Source: Eledone cirrhosa
Taxonomy: Eukaryota
Assembly: GCA_964016885.1 (NCBI GenBank)
Contig: OZ024741.1
Location: 60,078,001 to 60,142,000 of the forward strand
Length of the DNA: 64,000 nucleotides
Reading direction: 5' to 3'
Below are positions 13,992 to 27,091 of this stretch, one piece after another. A program made the translations under genes and the position numbers. A model generated the notes under the pieces. It made no database searches and had not been told where the DNA came from. It saw only the letters and a list, made by a program, of their open reading frames with translations. Within the stretch, counting starts at the first letter, position 1. Each line of letters starts with the position of its first letter.

Positions 13992-15595
13992 ATTACACTG
14001 AAGGACCACAAATCCGATTTCGACCGTAAACTCAGGCTTATAAACCCAACGAAGTCCGACATAGGGAGAATCAGCAAAAAAATCCTAGACCGCGTGATAC
14101 CAAAAGTCAAGCAACACGCCCGACTTAGCCAATGGATCAACACCCAGGAAGTGATCTCATGGTTCAGCGATATGGAGGATAAACGAGACACTAAATTTAT
14201 CCAGTTCGACATAGAGAGCTACTATGCTTCAATCACCTTACCGCTATTTACTGCTGCCTTGGACTTCGCCGAAGCACTTGTGCCCATCACCGACCAGGAA
14301 AGAAAAATCATCATCCACGCCAGGAAGACAGTCTTACTCTTTGACAACTCCAAATGCATAAAAAGAGCTCCCGACTCACCCTTCGACGTCAGCATGGGCG
14401 CGACGGATTTGGCGGAGGTCACAGATTTTATAGGATTATTCCTTATAGCCAAACTCACCGATATGTTTCCTGCTTTCGGTGGTGGATTGTACCGTGATGA
14501 TGAGGCGCCTTACCCTTAAAGGGTACAACACCAGTTGTACAGATCGGGTCCGTAAACAATTAATCAGCTTCTTCCGCGACTGGGGATTTAAAATAACCCT
14601 ACAAACGTCCCTGGCCCGAGTTAATTTCCTGGACGTTACCCTTGATCTCAATAATGACCTGTACTACCCATACAGGAAATCCAATGACAACCTGCACTAC
14701 ATCCACCGCCAATCTAACCATCCTAGGAACATCACCAACAACCTGGTCAAAAACATCTCCCTCCGCATATCCCGTTTGTCAGCTAATGAGAAGATATTCG
14801 ATGAACATGCGCCTTACTACAACCAGGCCCTCAAGCGGAGTGGTTTCCGGGAGGAAATATCCTACTCTCCAGCTCCCACGCAATGTAACATGGTTCAATC
14901 CTCCCCACAACGCCGAGGTGACAACTCCCATCGGGAAAATTTTCTTTAGGCTCATTGAAAAACACTTCCCACTACAACACCGCTACCACAACATAATTAA
15001 CAAAAATACCATCAAACTCTCTTACAGCACTACACCTAACTTCGCACAAAACATCGTCTCCTCCAACAACAAAAAACTCAACCCCGATGGAAGAAACAAC
15101 CTAAATAGCAGTGGAGAGTCGACCAGGAGGTGCAACTGTCCTGATAGATCCATTTGCCCCCTCGACAACAGATGCAGAGACCGTAATGTGATCTACCAGT
15201 GCAACGTGAGCACGGACACCTCCAACAAAGCTTATATAGGATTAACCGCATGTGACTTCAAGACCCGGCTATACCAACACAGACATACCTTCCGAAACCC
15301 GGCCCGGCGTCACGCCACTACACTTTCGGGCCACATATGGGACCTCAAGGACAACAACATCAACTATGATCTCACTTGGAAATTACTGTCCAGAGCCAAC
15401 TCTTACACGGGAGGACGCCGTCCGTGCAATTTATGCTCGGAGGAAACTTTTCAAATGCTGTTTTCGACGGACCAACTCCTAAACAAGAAAGATGAACTGC
15501 TTACTGCATGTAAACAACTATTACGTAGGACTTACCTCGCCCTCAAACCCCATAATGACCCGGGGAGGGGGGGGGGGGGTAGACTAGGCCTATAA
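13992..15595 (+). pseudogene. Penelope RT-GIY-YIG ORF, N-truncated, two frameshifts (~14500, ~14875)
   Basis: RT motifs ITLKDHK..RLINP.KS, QFDIESYY, GLYRDD and NFLDVTLDL. The linker has CNCPDRSICPLDNRC (CxCx5Cx5C). The endonuclease reads VIY..AYIGLT..FKTRLYQH, with a CNLC motif. Confidence 0.93.
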
Positions 15596-16759
15596 CACCC
15601 CACTTGCCTATTTTGTAATGGGTAACTCCTGCTTGCCGATGGAGACGTAAGATCTTCTTTTACATTCTTTTATCGCTTCCTCTATATTTCCTTCTTCCCC
15701 CCATGCCTCCCTAGTCCTTCTACCCCAGTTCCTTTTCTTTGTCGTCGTCTTTTTCTCGCCCACCCGAGGTAGCCCCTCGGTCCCTTGTAGCTTCAGCACC
15801 CCCACCTCTATCCCCTATTCTATGATAGATTTGGCTGACTCCGCTTTTTATAGCAGAGGTATTAGACTTCGGATACTTGCCCCCCTTCTCCGACCGCTGT
15901 GCCTTTTTTCCGTGCCTTCTATATTTCTTAGTGGCATCTTTGCTTTAATTTCTCGTTTATCCAGTATTTCTTTCTTCTTTTTCTCTTTTTTTTTGGGGGG
16001 GGGGGGGGTGTTTCTGTATTAATTTTCCGTTCTTTACTTTTACTTCGTACGATCTTTCTTGTAGCTTGTATAAGACTTTTTGTTTCATGGCGGTACCCTT
16101 AGAGTTAGCATTACTATTTTTTTCGGGACCCTGAATTATATTCTCGTACTAGTTTACTTTCTTGCACTGGGTGGTTGCTGGCCCTGTGATTGGGGTAGAA
16201 ACCTTTATTATTTCGTGGTAATCTCTTTAGTATTTTGGCGCCCCTCCCCCCCTTTTGTTGACCCGTCACTGTACGATGCACGCACTTATACCTCTTATAA
16301 GGGTCCCTTTATTTCCGTCCCACCTAGTCTATTTATTTTATTATTTTTTTATTCTTTATTATTTTTTTTTATTTATCTATTCTTTTATTCATTTATTTGT
16401 TTATTTATTTATTTATGTATTTCTTTAGCCTAGCAATAGCGAGAGACTTAAGTCTTAGTAACCAGACTTTGCTTTTTTTTTTTTTTCTTTTTTCATTCTC
16501 AGTACTTTTTATAGTTTTACTCGTCATTGTTCTACTTACCGTTTCGACTTCCTCCCCCTCCCCAGTATCCTCTTTGACCTCACGCCCAGTTGTAGCCGGC
16601 ACTACCAACGCATGAATGGGTCTACTCCACCCCCACTCCCTTTTTCTCCTACCGGCAGGTTTAGCTACCCCTTCCCCCACTAATTTGCCATCACAGATTT
16701 ACTACTAACTTGTGATGTGACCAATCCTGGTGATTATCTCTTTGACCATATATGGAATT

Positions 16760-16853
16760 ACCGCTTGATAAGCTCGGCTATTTAAATACCAGAATAAATT
16801 TTCATTCAGTCCAGAATTAGCCGTCGAAACGGCTTGAGCTCAGCCGTCGGGGT
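16760..16853 (+). ncRNA. Hammerhead ribozyme, U3-A8 variant, in Penelope 3' pLTR
   Basis: accgc-TTGATAA(16765-71), stem II cggcta/tagccg, GAAA(16826-29), stem III acggct/agccgt around a palindromic tgagctca, GTC with predicted cleavage after 16848, then ggggt. Confidence 0.8.
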
Positions 16854-16948
16854 CTTACTTGTTCCTATTACCCACTCTACTACCCTAAGTATTGAGTTCT
16901 TTGGTGCGTTTTGGTCCACCTGGTCCCTTACCACATTTCCTTCGTTAC

Positions 16949-17052
<104 letters not shown>

Positions 17053-18002
17053 TTCTATTGAGCTAGTCCCTTTATGTCATGTTACTCCTGTCAAATCTGC
17101 TGGAGAAAATGTGTTGTACTTTGATTCAAAGGGTAAGTCTTGTCACACATAGATTAATGCGGAATCTGCATCAAAATCACATCAGAAATACTCGTGTCTA
17201 TGGAATCTTCAGCCATTATCACATTAATTCAACTAGTAAGCTTTTCCGTTGATCTGATCATCTGATTCACTCGTTGTCGAAACCTCTGGAGATTCAAGCA
17301 CAAATCCAACACTTATTCCATAATCTGAGCACAATTGCCTGATTCATGTCATTTCCGTTACTAGTTTGCAATTGATTGAACAATAACGATTGAAGAAATT
17401 TGATTAGATTAAGAAAAATAGACGGGAATAATATGCTAATAGAAAATAAACATTACGTAGCATCACTTGTCTGCCTATGAAAACATGGCACATATTGAAT
17501 TCATCTCTGGCAATTATATTCAGTGAGTTAACGTCATATTTGTTAAGAAATTTAAGTATTTATCGAAAATAGGGCTACAAACCACGAATATATTTGTTTT
17601 CCTTTTCTTTGCATTTATGTAGGACTTTTTAAATTTTGTTTTCGTCTGTGAGAATATCTTGAAAAGTATTGGAAAATAAATTCGCCTCCAGGCCTGTTTA
17701 CATGTTACATCTGGTATTCTAAGTGAGTAGATAAAAATCTAACTAAAATCTCTTGTCTGAATAATTGTAGAGAATGCTAATGTATTTAACAAAACAAGAC
17801 AAATACTGAAGCTTATGGTTATACTTTTTCTAAACACGAAAGTTTAAAATATATGCAGTCTGATCACCTGTTCCATTATATGAACACCCAGATAGGTTAG
17901 TAATTTATAAATCTCGAAATTACTTAATCTATATAGTGAGAAGCTTATTAGGGGATCAAATGTGTTGAGTTTTGAGCTCATCTGGTCAGATGTAACAAAC
18001 TA

Positions 18003-18800
18003 CATTACCGTTACCGATCCGGTCAAGGTCCATGGGAAAGCTGCAGAGTGGCGCATTGTCCCACATCCTTCCATCCACCTCTACCGGAAAACCAGGATCT
18101 TGCTTATAGTGAGGTTTTTAATGGTCAATTCCGTCGTGTTATTCGGCCATTTTTCCTTCGGTTTCGCTGATGGGAGTTCCTTAGGGGTTTTGGTAATTAT
18201 AGAGAAATTATTTTGTAGGGATCTCCTCATATCGATTGCGCCATGGGTCCATTTGACATAAAAGTTACACAGGCAAAAATACGAAGAGATATAATTACAG
18301 GCTGCACGGTATGGTGCGTTCTGAATGCCAAGACGAAAGAAAGACAACATTTTACTACTAAACTTGTTGATTGAAACCAAATTGCATTTTTACTGTTTTC
18401 GTCTGAGTCGAGAGTTCTATATAACGTCGCTTATTTTATAACTTTGATGAAGCTGCTACCAATGTATTCTAACAAACTGAGGCAGAGGTGCTCGTTCGGC
18501 GTCTCTTGTGGTAGTTGTAAGAATTAGTAGTATTGGCTTTCTTTGACGAAATATCTGGACTAGAAGAGAAGAAACATATGTTCCATAATCTAACAACATA
18601 TGGAAAAAGAAGGACATAAAGAAGGTTGAAAGGAAAGGAATGATTTTCAGCAACAAAGAACTGGGTGACCTCTATACAAAAAAAACAACACTTTTTCCAT
18701 CTGCTCAACATCGTCCCAAATAATTTGGAGTTTTATACTGTCGACGATGTCAAAGCATCTGCTGTTGATTTAAAAGTTGTGAATTACACTGATGGGCCAG
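18003..18800 (-). pseudogene. Possible eroded ABCC/MRP-like transporter segment (TMD2 to start of NBD2)
   Basis: Stitched minus-strand frames give CFDIVDSIKLQIIWDDVEQMEKVL, then a hydrophobic stretch, then TKTPKELPSAKPKEKWPNNTTELTIKNL/HYKQDPGFP. By eye these follow ABCC motif order. Several stops and frameshifts are present. Confidence 0.3.
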
Positions 18801-20815
18801 AAGTTTGTCTCATAAAGAGGTTTACTGATTCTACGAAGGACGTAAATCGGAAATAGTTTCTCCGAAACATTGTTGCGGAATAAAGAAAACAAGATTCCCA
18901 GAAGAGAAAGAGTGTCGTTTCCGATTATACATTTCATTCATAAAAAGTATTTCTCTCTTTATTATTGTGCACTTTAGAACGTATTCCTTCTGCTTACTTT
19001 CACTTTATTTGTCTGCTTATTATCATTTCACCAAATCGCTCAGAGGACAGAGGGAGCCGTTTCCGGTAGTAAATTCCATTCATAAAAAGTTCTCTCTATT
19101 TAACAACAATATTATTGTGCATTTAGAATATATCTCTTCTGCTTATGATCATTTCAGTTCGTTTTGTCGTTTTGTCATTGAACTTAGCAAAGTGAACAGA
19201 AAGGACAATATACTACAGGCCAGGTCCAAACAATCGTCATAAATAAAAAGATGTGAATGTGTCCAACATTTAACTATTATTCAATTGACCTATAATTCGG
19301 CAAACTCTGTTATTCCATCAACTCAAACACGGATGTAATCGATATGAGATGATTGGCCATAGTTTGTAAAATGAAACACCCTGGAGATTCTGTTGTTTGA
19401 TCAATGGAACAGCTTGCTCGGGAAATTAACATGTAGGTGAAAGAGCAGTCCACAGGCCCATATCGCAATTCTTAGAGAGATATAGTGTATCACAGTGTGT
19501 TACATGCGTTTTTTAAATGACAGATAGAGTATATCCGACGCACTCTAAATTGTTTCCGTCTACATAATTTCACTCGAAAGGAATTGGTTGAACTGAAATG
19601 AAACTTGCTCAAGATGTGTACCTCAAACACAGAAGAACAAATGTCCAAAATATTAAAATACTTCTATTAACTGACAAGTTTTAAGTTGAATGTAAGTAAG
19701 AAAAGGAGAAAATACATTAAAAACGTGGATTATAACGAAGAAACGAAGAGGAAGAAATAATGAAAGCAAAAACAGCAAATCAAAGAGGCTAAATAAAATA
19801 AAAAGTCCACCATTTTGAAGAGATGAAGTGGATTTTTTCCTGCAAATCAGACTGATACTTTCTGCTACACTACATCGTGATAGGAATGATATTGTTATAA
19901 AATATTCCAATATCGATCGCCTTAATATAGAATTTAAACGAATGCACAGCCGTGTTTTCTGCTTCCTCTTTTTCTATTTTATTTAATTCTTTTTTGTTCA
20001 CTTTTTATTGTTCTTATTGCCTTAGTTCTCTTTGATATCTTCGTTGTTGTTTTTGTTGTTGTTGTTGTTGTTTGTGTTGTTTTTGTTGTTTTTATTGTTG
20101 TTGTTGTTTTTGTTCCTCGCATCGAACCACAATATGTTCAGATAAGCAGTATCTATAACTTCAAAGTATATTATAAAGCACACACTTGATGCTTTGAAGC
20201 CATTCTTGGTTATTATTATTATTATTATTATTATTATTGATCGATTTTAATCAAATAAAATCGTAAAATGAAGTCAAAGATGTTGAATGTGTGCCATTAT
20301 CAGAAAATTCCAATTTTCTGCAAGGATTTTTGTTTCTGTTTTATTTCTCCAAACATTTCATTGTTACTCGTTAGAACACTTCGGATGTTTAAGTGTCTTT
20401 TCATGTACTGTTCTACACTTTCAGATCTAAATAATCATTTTGTTTTTTAGATAATTCATTGTTTTCTGTTATAGGAGAATTTTCAGCTACGCTGATTGTT
20501 TTTAATATATTACATATTGATTAATATACATATTTATTTAAAAGAAAAAAAAAGCAACGAAAATGTTTAGCAACTCTCAAGTAGAAGGTAAGACAATTTC
20601 TAAAGGTTATGCTTAGAAAAATGGGTATCTCGTCTTTGTTGCTTGCAATATTACATATGTTTCAACTTGTTAGCCTCATCATTATCATAGATTATCAGTT
20701 GCCAATCAGATCAGAAATTAATTTAATATAGTGGATTTCTGCATTGAAGTAACGCTTCTGTCTCTCTCGGCGTCTCTCTCTCTCCCTCGCTCTCTCTCAC
20801 TCTCTCTCTCTCTCT

Positions 20816-20854
<39 letters not shown>

Positions 20855-20940
20855 GGGGGGGGGGGATGTGTGTTGTGTGTTCTCATGAAAAACATATGGA
20901 ACTCAAGTCGAAACCACCTATAGTTCTTTCTCCTTCTCTC

Positions 20941-20988
<48 letters not shown>

Positions 20989-23491
20989 CACACACCGATA
21001 CATTCTTACCATCCCTCTTCTATAAAGACATGTTACAGCGTAGAATTAAATTGAAGAAAAAACATTTTTAGCGTTGCCTGTACCTCCGCTACCTCCATCG
21101 CTCACTGCTACATACACACACATAATCATACACACACACACGCTTTTATCTTCCAGTTTTACTCGGAATCTACAAAATCTTTAATATGATTGATACTATC
21201 AAAAATTGGGTTCCATACACTTTAAACAGAGAGAATATGTCTTGGTAAATATTTGAAAGGTTGCTTTGAAAGGTTTGACAATAATGAAGTTGGTTGTGCT
21301 TAGAGATGTCTTTGAGAAGATTGGCGTTAATGGGTTTTATTGAATAATATGCATTGTCTTTGAGTGTTTCACTGCTAATGGATTTACTAAATTTAGACTT
21401 GACTTTATTAACCTTGATGCTACTGCTACAGATTACAGTCTACACGGCCTATAGGAAAACACGGCAAACATATAAATCTCTACGTTGAAATGTTACAAGG
21501 TTTCTAGAGTTTCTTCAATTCCATAGTTCCAAGATGGTGTATAACATTGTCATTGTTTAACAGATTTGATCAATAATATGGTAGAGATCCATCGGTTCCG
21601 TGGATGAGTGTTCCACTTGTTTGATCAACGGAATAGCCTGCTCATCAAATCAACATGCATGAGTTTGAACACTCCACAGACACCAGTACACTCAACATAG
21701 TTTTCAGATAGATTGGGTTTGACACAGTAGGCCGTCCTTTGAATTACAGGTACACTCCATCTGACGGGCTTCGAAACAATGTCTGCCTCTCCGTTTTCTC
21801 TCGCATGCGTGGGTCCAGCTATGATAATTGAGACATACACAAGATGCCATCAAAAGATGAACCTAATGATTGCAAAGCGAACTCCTTAACCATTTGGTCA
21901 TAGTGCATTTACAATTGGCCATAAGCTCAAACACGGAGCCATAACAATGTTATAGACCTCAAAGGAGATGTTTTAGAGAGTTTCTAGGGTCTGCTCAATC
22001 GGACATTCTTCTTTTTATATACGTTTGTATTTGTTTACTGTTTTCAGCTATTAGAAACTTTAGGCCATCATAGCGATCTCAGTACTTATTTATTTTGGGC
22101 CCTATATCCTTTCAGTTATAATTTATGAATTTTTTGACTTTCAAAATGTTAGAGTATATTAGAAAAACATTAATACTGTCATAATATCGATACCTGAATG
22201 GTGAGGTTCTGGGCGTTGTGGAGGAGCAGTAAAAAAGTAAAAGAATACAAAAATATCCAATTGAACAGACGCTAGAACCTGTCTAAAACAACACCTTCGA
22301 GGTTTATAACATTGCTATGGTTTTGTGTACACCATGTGAAAGTTCATGCGCAGACCACCTCATAGTCTCAGCGGATAGAATGGAGGAAATGTTGCCCAAT
22401 TATTAGATTCATGGTTAAATCCCTATGCAGGGTAACTTAGGTTACTTTAGACTCGAGTTAACTCATGCGATCTGTGTGAAATTTGGCAGCTGGAATCTGT
22501 GCGGACATCCATCAAATGGAGTGCATCATACTGAATCTCCCTTAGAGCTATGTTAAGTGTACAAGTATCTGTGCAATGCTCAGCCACATACATGTAAAAT
22601 TTCACAACCAGGTTCTTCCTGTGATCGAAAAAGTAGTATTCTGATCGTCGAAGCCGACGGAGGTCCATTCCGATTCGAGCTCAACGCATTACGAATTCGG
22701 GCAACTGGACGTCTGTATGTGAAGTACACTGCTGCTATTGTTATATTATTAAGCAATGCATCACATTTACTAAAGTCCACTGTTGTTATTGTATAGAAGT
22801 TGGCATATCCTTTACATATGAAAACAATCTAGCCGCAAGTCTAACGACTAACAACGGGCTGCAGCAGTTGTATTTGAATAAGAAAACCGTGTGATGTCTG
22901 TTTCATACAAATCCTTTGTGACAATGTATAGAAATAAGAAATTAGTTTCAGGATAACTTTAATATTCTCTTCTGTTCGGTAGGTAATTATTTTCTATTCT
23001 ATCTGTTTTTATTATGATGGACAACGAAAGAGACTCAACTTTAAACCATCTGACTTCACAACTATTTAAAGTTTTTTTGCTGATATGTACTGTATCATTT
23101 GCATTCTAAAATATTTTCAGCTGCTGTCACTTTCAATTACACAGAAATATTGTGTTTAAAAAATATAGTACAGTGAATAAGTTCTAAATGTTTGGGATAT
23201 AAATACTTACATAATTCAATTCCTTGTTGAATCTTAGACGGCGAGAAGATATAGTTGCTATTTTCCGTAAATTATGTGTACCACTGTTGTTAGCTGACAT
23301 AAAATACGTGAAATTAGAAGCTGCCTATGTGGTCATATTGATATTCTGAATAACATATATGTCTCGTTTTTAATAATGCTGATATAATGTCTGCTGGTGA
23401 AAGATAGACTGATGGGAGAAAATGAAAATATCATGGTGATATATACATATAATTTGCAATTATAGTCAAAAGGTAAATGATTACTAAACAC

Positions 23492-25430
23492 TCTTCTTCT
23501 TCTTCTTCTTCTTCTTCTTTATGGTGGGGTGGAGGGGGCAAAGTCCTCAAACACACTTTTCAGAGGGTCCTATCAGAAGCAGCCACCACGAACTGATCCG
23601 GCTGGATCCCCAAGCGGGACGAGCTGAGCTCATAGATGGTATCCACACATTGGCGAGAGTGCTTAACACAGGGTCTCCTGTCGGTTGATTTGTTCCTAAA
23701 ATTTGTCCAGCAATTCTTTCCTGACACATTCTAACCGAAAGTCCGTATTAGCGGAGCTGTGATCTCTCAATTCAGAGAAGTAGTAACTCTACCTGGAGCG
23801 ATTCTTTGATGTAAGAGTTACGCCCTCTATCGCATAACATTACTCCAAATACTATTCTGATGAACCCCATTTCAGCCGCTTGTATTCGCGATTGTATTCT
23901 TTCGGTCATCACATAAGATTCATGACTATAGGTAAGGGTTGAGAGGAATACCGAATTTAAAATAGCGAGTTTAGCCTTTACACCTAACTCCATTCTTCTG
24001 ATTACTGAATGCTGATACTAGCGGATTATTGCGAGGATGAGTTTCACAGTCTTCGCCTCAAACCTATGAATTGCGTGTCGGAAATCACCTGCTGACGAGT
24101 TAGATAATACCTTGTCACCTGTAAACTACACCGACTGATTTTACACTTGCCAGTCGTGATAGTACTTCCAACCCAGCTTCGTATGTCAATCTTGTTCATG
24201 AAAATAATGAATGATAACGGTGTCAGTATGCGCCCTTCGCATATTCCGACTCCCACTTTCAATGGTTTCGATTTAGCACCATTTATCCGAACACAGATAC
24301 TCGAGCATTCGTATAGAAACATCAGAACAACAAGAAACTGACCATCGATCCCATTCTCTTGCAGTACCGTGGAGCGCGGTCATATGCCTTTTGTAGGTCT
24401 CCAAAGCAAGAGTACACTTCTTGATAATACTCTCGCAGTCTCTTAAAGACTTGCCGCAGTGTGAATATTCGGTCCGCGGTTCTACGTTCGGGGTGAAAAC
24501 TACAATCTTTATCAGCTATCCAGGACTAGACAATCTCCCTACATCTCTTTGGAGACGCTTAGCATAGAATTTTCTGGGGCGGCGTAACAAAGAAATTCCT
24601 TTATAATTACAGCAATCTCTCTTGGTTCCGCTTTATGAAAATTGTTATTAGCACTCCCGATTGCGATTGCTTAGGTGCTTTTCCAGAGATCCACGCCTCC
24701 CGGCACACACGAGTCAGCCAGGGTATACATTCTATATTTAGGGCTTTTAAAATCTCGGGCGGAATTTCATCCTCTAAAACGACCTTGCCACATTTTAGTT
24801 CTTTAATTGCTCTTGTGACCTCAGCGTCTAAGCGATTATCCCTGATTCCCCTTGTACGGTGTATATTTATGGAGATCTCTGTGCGGAAAGGTGTTCATAA
24901 TAGAGATCCTATTACTAGAACAGAAGTCAAATAAGGCCTATCCATTCGTATTTAGATCAGGGTCACCATTCATTCAAATCACTCCTGTCCATGTGTGGTG
25001 GTCAGTGCCAACATATGCACTGAGGTTTCCCATTAGGATACAAAACTACACAAATCGTTACAGTGACTTCATCAAGGAACATCTGTATTTGAACACCTTG
25101 TTTGCAAAAACATGCGTCACCTACCTTTCTTTCAACCTACGCTTCAAAAGGAAAATCCTTCATCCTTATGATATCACCTTCATAACTCAGTCTGATATCC
25201 GGGAACTTGTGAGCATATCCACTCTCACCTGTGCAGTCGGTTCTGGCGCCACAGTTGAATAGTAGAGTTTCTATCCTCCATCCAAATCTACGGTACTAGA
25301 GCCACAGAAATTTGTTGAGGAAACCCCGACTATAGCTATCCGCCACATGCGACCCATTCTCTAGTAGAGCTGCTCTGTCAAATACTATAACACTCGGTCG
25401 CTATAGATGATAGATGAGAAAATAAGGTAA
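23492..25430 (-). mobile_element. RTE-clade LINE, heavily decayed
   Basis: Peptides VRINGAKSKPLKVGVG..LTPLSFIIFM and LTYSHESYVMTERIQSRIQAAEMGF. APE remnants lie at ~24900-25400, and a (GAA)n tail on the minus strand at 23492-23519. Confidence 0.85.
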
Positions 25431-25535
25431 CGAATTTTTGAAGACGAGAAAAATTGGACAGAGGCGTCTCTGATCAAATTCTCCCGTCTCCATGGATATT
25501 TTACCTCATTTCCTCAACCGTTATTTATAGTGATC

Positions 25536-25628
<93 letters not shown>

Positions 25629-26068
25629 TATGTGTGTGTGTGTCTGTGTGTGTGTGATATCCGGGATTGTTCAACGGCTAGAGAGAGAGGGGGGATCACA
25701 AGCCTAGACCTATTGTCTTCTGGATGTAAAAAGTATGGAACACTGCTGATCTCACAACATTCACGCATAATTCTTCCTATAACATTGATCCTATAAATAT
25801 GTATAAGTTTGTTATTCTATATATATTTCCTGTTGGTGAGTCAATCCATAATTCATGCCTATAAAAATGTATTGACTATTTATCTAATAAGAAATCGATA
25901 TGTCTCGCAAGTGTGTGTATGTGATCGATGTAAATTCAAACTCTATCTGATCATCATAATCGTTGAGTATCAAATTTCGGAAGATGTATATACGGCAGAC
26001 ATATTTTGATGATTATTATTATTAAAATATATTGTTCTATTTTCAAATTCCTTAGATTCGCCATGTGC

Positions 26069-26095
<27 letters not shown>

Positions 26096-26099
<4 letters not shown>

Positions 26100-26175
26100 A
26101 TTGGGACGGCAAGTATGAAATTTGTAGAAATGTGTAGCAAAAAAGGAGATTTCTACAAATGTCATACTTGACGAC

Positions 26176-26182
<7 letters not shown>
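26096..26182. repeat. Short imperfect inverted repeat within (TA)n
   Basis: caagtatgaaatttgtagaaat / atttctacaaatgtcatacttg around a ~17 bp spacer. Confidence 0.75.
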
Positions 26183-26231
<49 letters not shown>

Positions 26232-26362
26232 GATAAATCTACCAAGAGTTTACGGTAGTGTCCAATCCGTATGAAGAACTCAATGTATTCCGGATATCAT
26301 GGAAAGAAGAGATGTAATGAAAAACCACTTTCGGTGAAAGATAAACGGTATACAGAGTCAAG

Positions 26363-26741
26363 ATAAAATATTAAACAAATAATGAATAAACAATTCCTTA
26401 TATTAAACAAAAAAAGTTCATTATTTAACGATCGTTTCTAGGATATATATGTGTTAGAATTGGTATGCATATTCAACAGATCTATGTACAAAATTATACA
26501 AAATTATACAAATTATCAAGATTAAATATACATACCAAACACATATATACGCCGAAGACGGCGTATATATGTGTTTGGTATGTATATTTAATCTTGATAA
26601 TTTGTATAATTTTGTATAATTTTGTACATAGATCTGTTGAATATGCATACCAATTCTAACACATATATATCCTAGAAACGATCGTTAAATAATGAACTTT
26701 TTTTGTTTAATATAAGGAATTGTTTATTCATTATTTGTTTA

Positions 26742-26750
<9 letters not shown>
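26363..26750. repeat. Perfect palindrome, 192 bp arms, 4 nt loop (AAGA, 26555-58)
   Basis: The arms are reverse complements by eye. Mirrored ORFs 26454-26648(-) and 26465-26659(+) are consistent with this. Confidence 0.97.
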
Positions 26751-26807
<57 letters not shown>

Positions 26808-26852
26808 ATAGGTTTATATATGTATATATATGTATATATATATATATGTGTG

Positions 26853-26976
26853 TGTGTGTGTATTTTATATATAAAATATGAATTTGAATATAAATATATA
26901 TGTATATATATATATGTATATATATACATATATATATATATTCAATTTCATATTTTATATATAAAATACACACACA
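26853..26976. repeat. Fold-back inverted repeat around TA-rich spacer
   Basis: tgtgtgtattttatatataaaatatgaatttgaata / tattcaatttcatattttatatataaaatacacaca. Confidence 0.8.
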
Positions 26977-26996
26977 TTCATATATATGTATATATA

Positions 26997-27091
<95 letters not shown>

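Larger units (their letters stand above)
12754..16947 (+). mobile_element. Penelope-like element (Naiad-type), 5'-truncated with inverted pLTR, inserted in (TA)n
   Basis: An RT + GIY-YIG core is flanked by the inverted repeat 12754-13997 / 15614-16867. The right arm has an extra ~80 bp tail to 16947. Both flanks are (TA)n. Confidence 0.92.

Noticed and set aside
12754-16867. 1.25 kb terminal inverted repeats suggesting a DNA transposon
   Set aside because: The interior encodes Penelope RT + GIY-YIG and no transposase. The arms are asymmetric pLTR copies.
22440-22800. Short ORFs suggesting a Tc1/mariner remnant
   Set aside because: The sequence matches the old SINE-like family 2 on the minus strand (compare 6975-7110).
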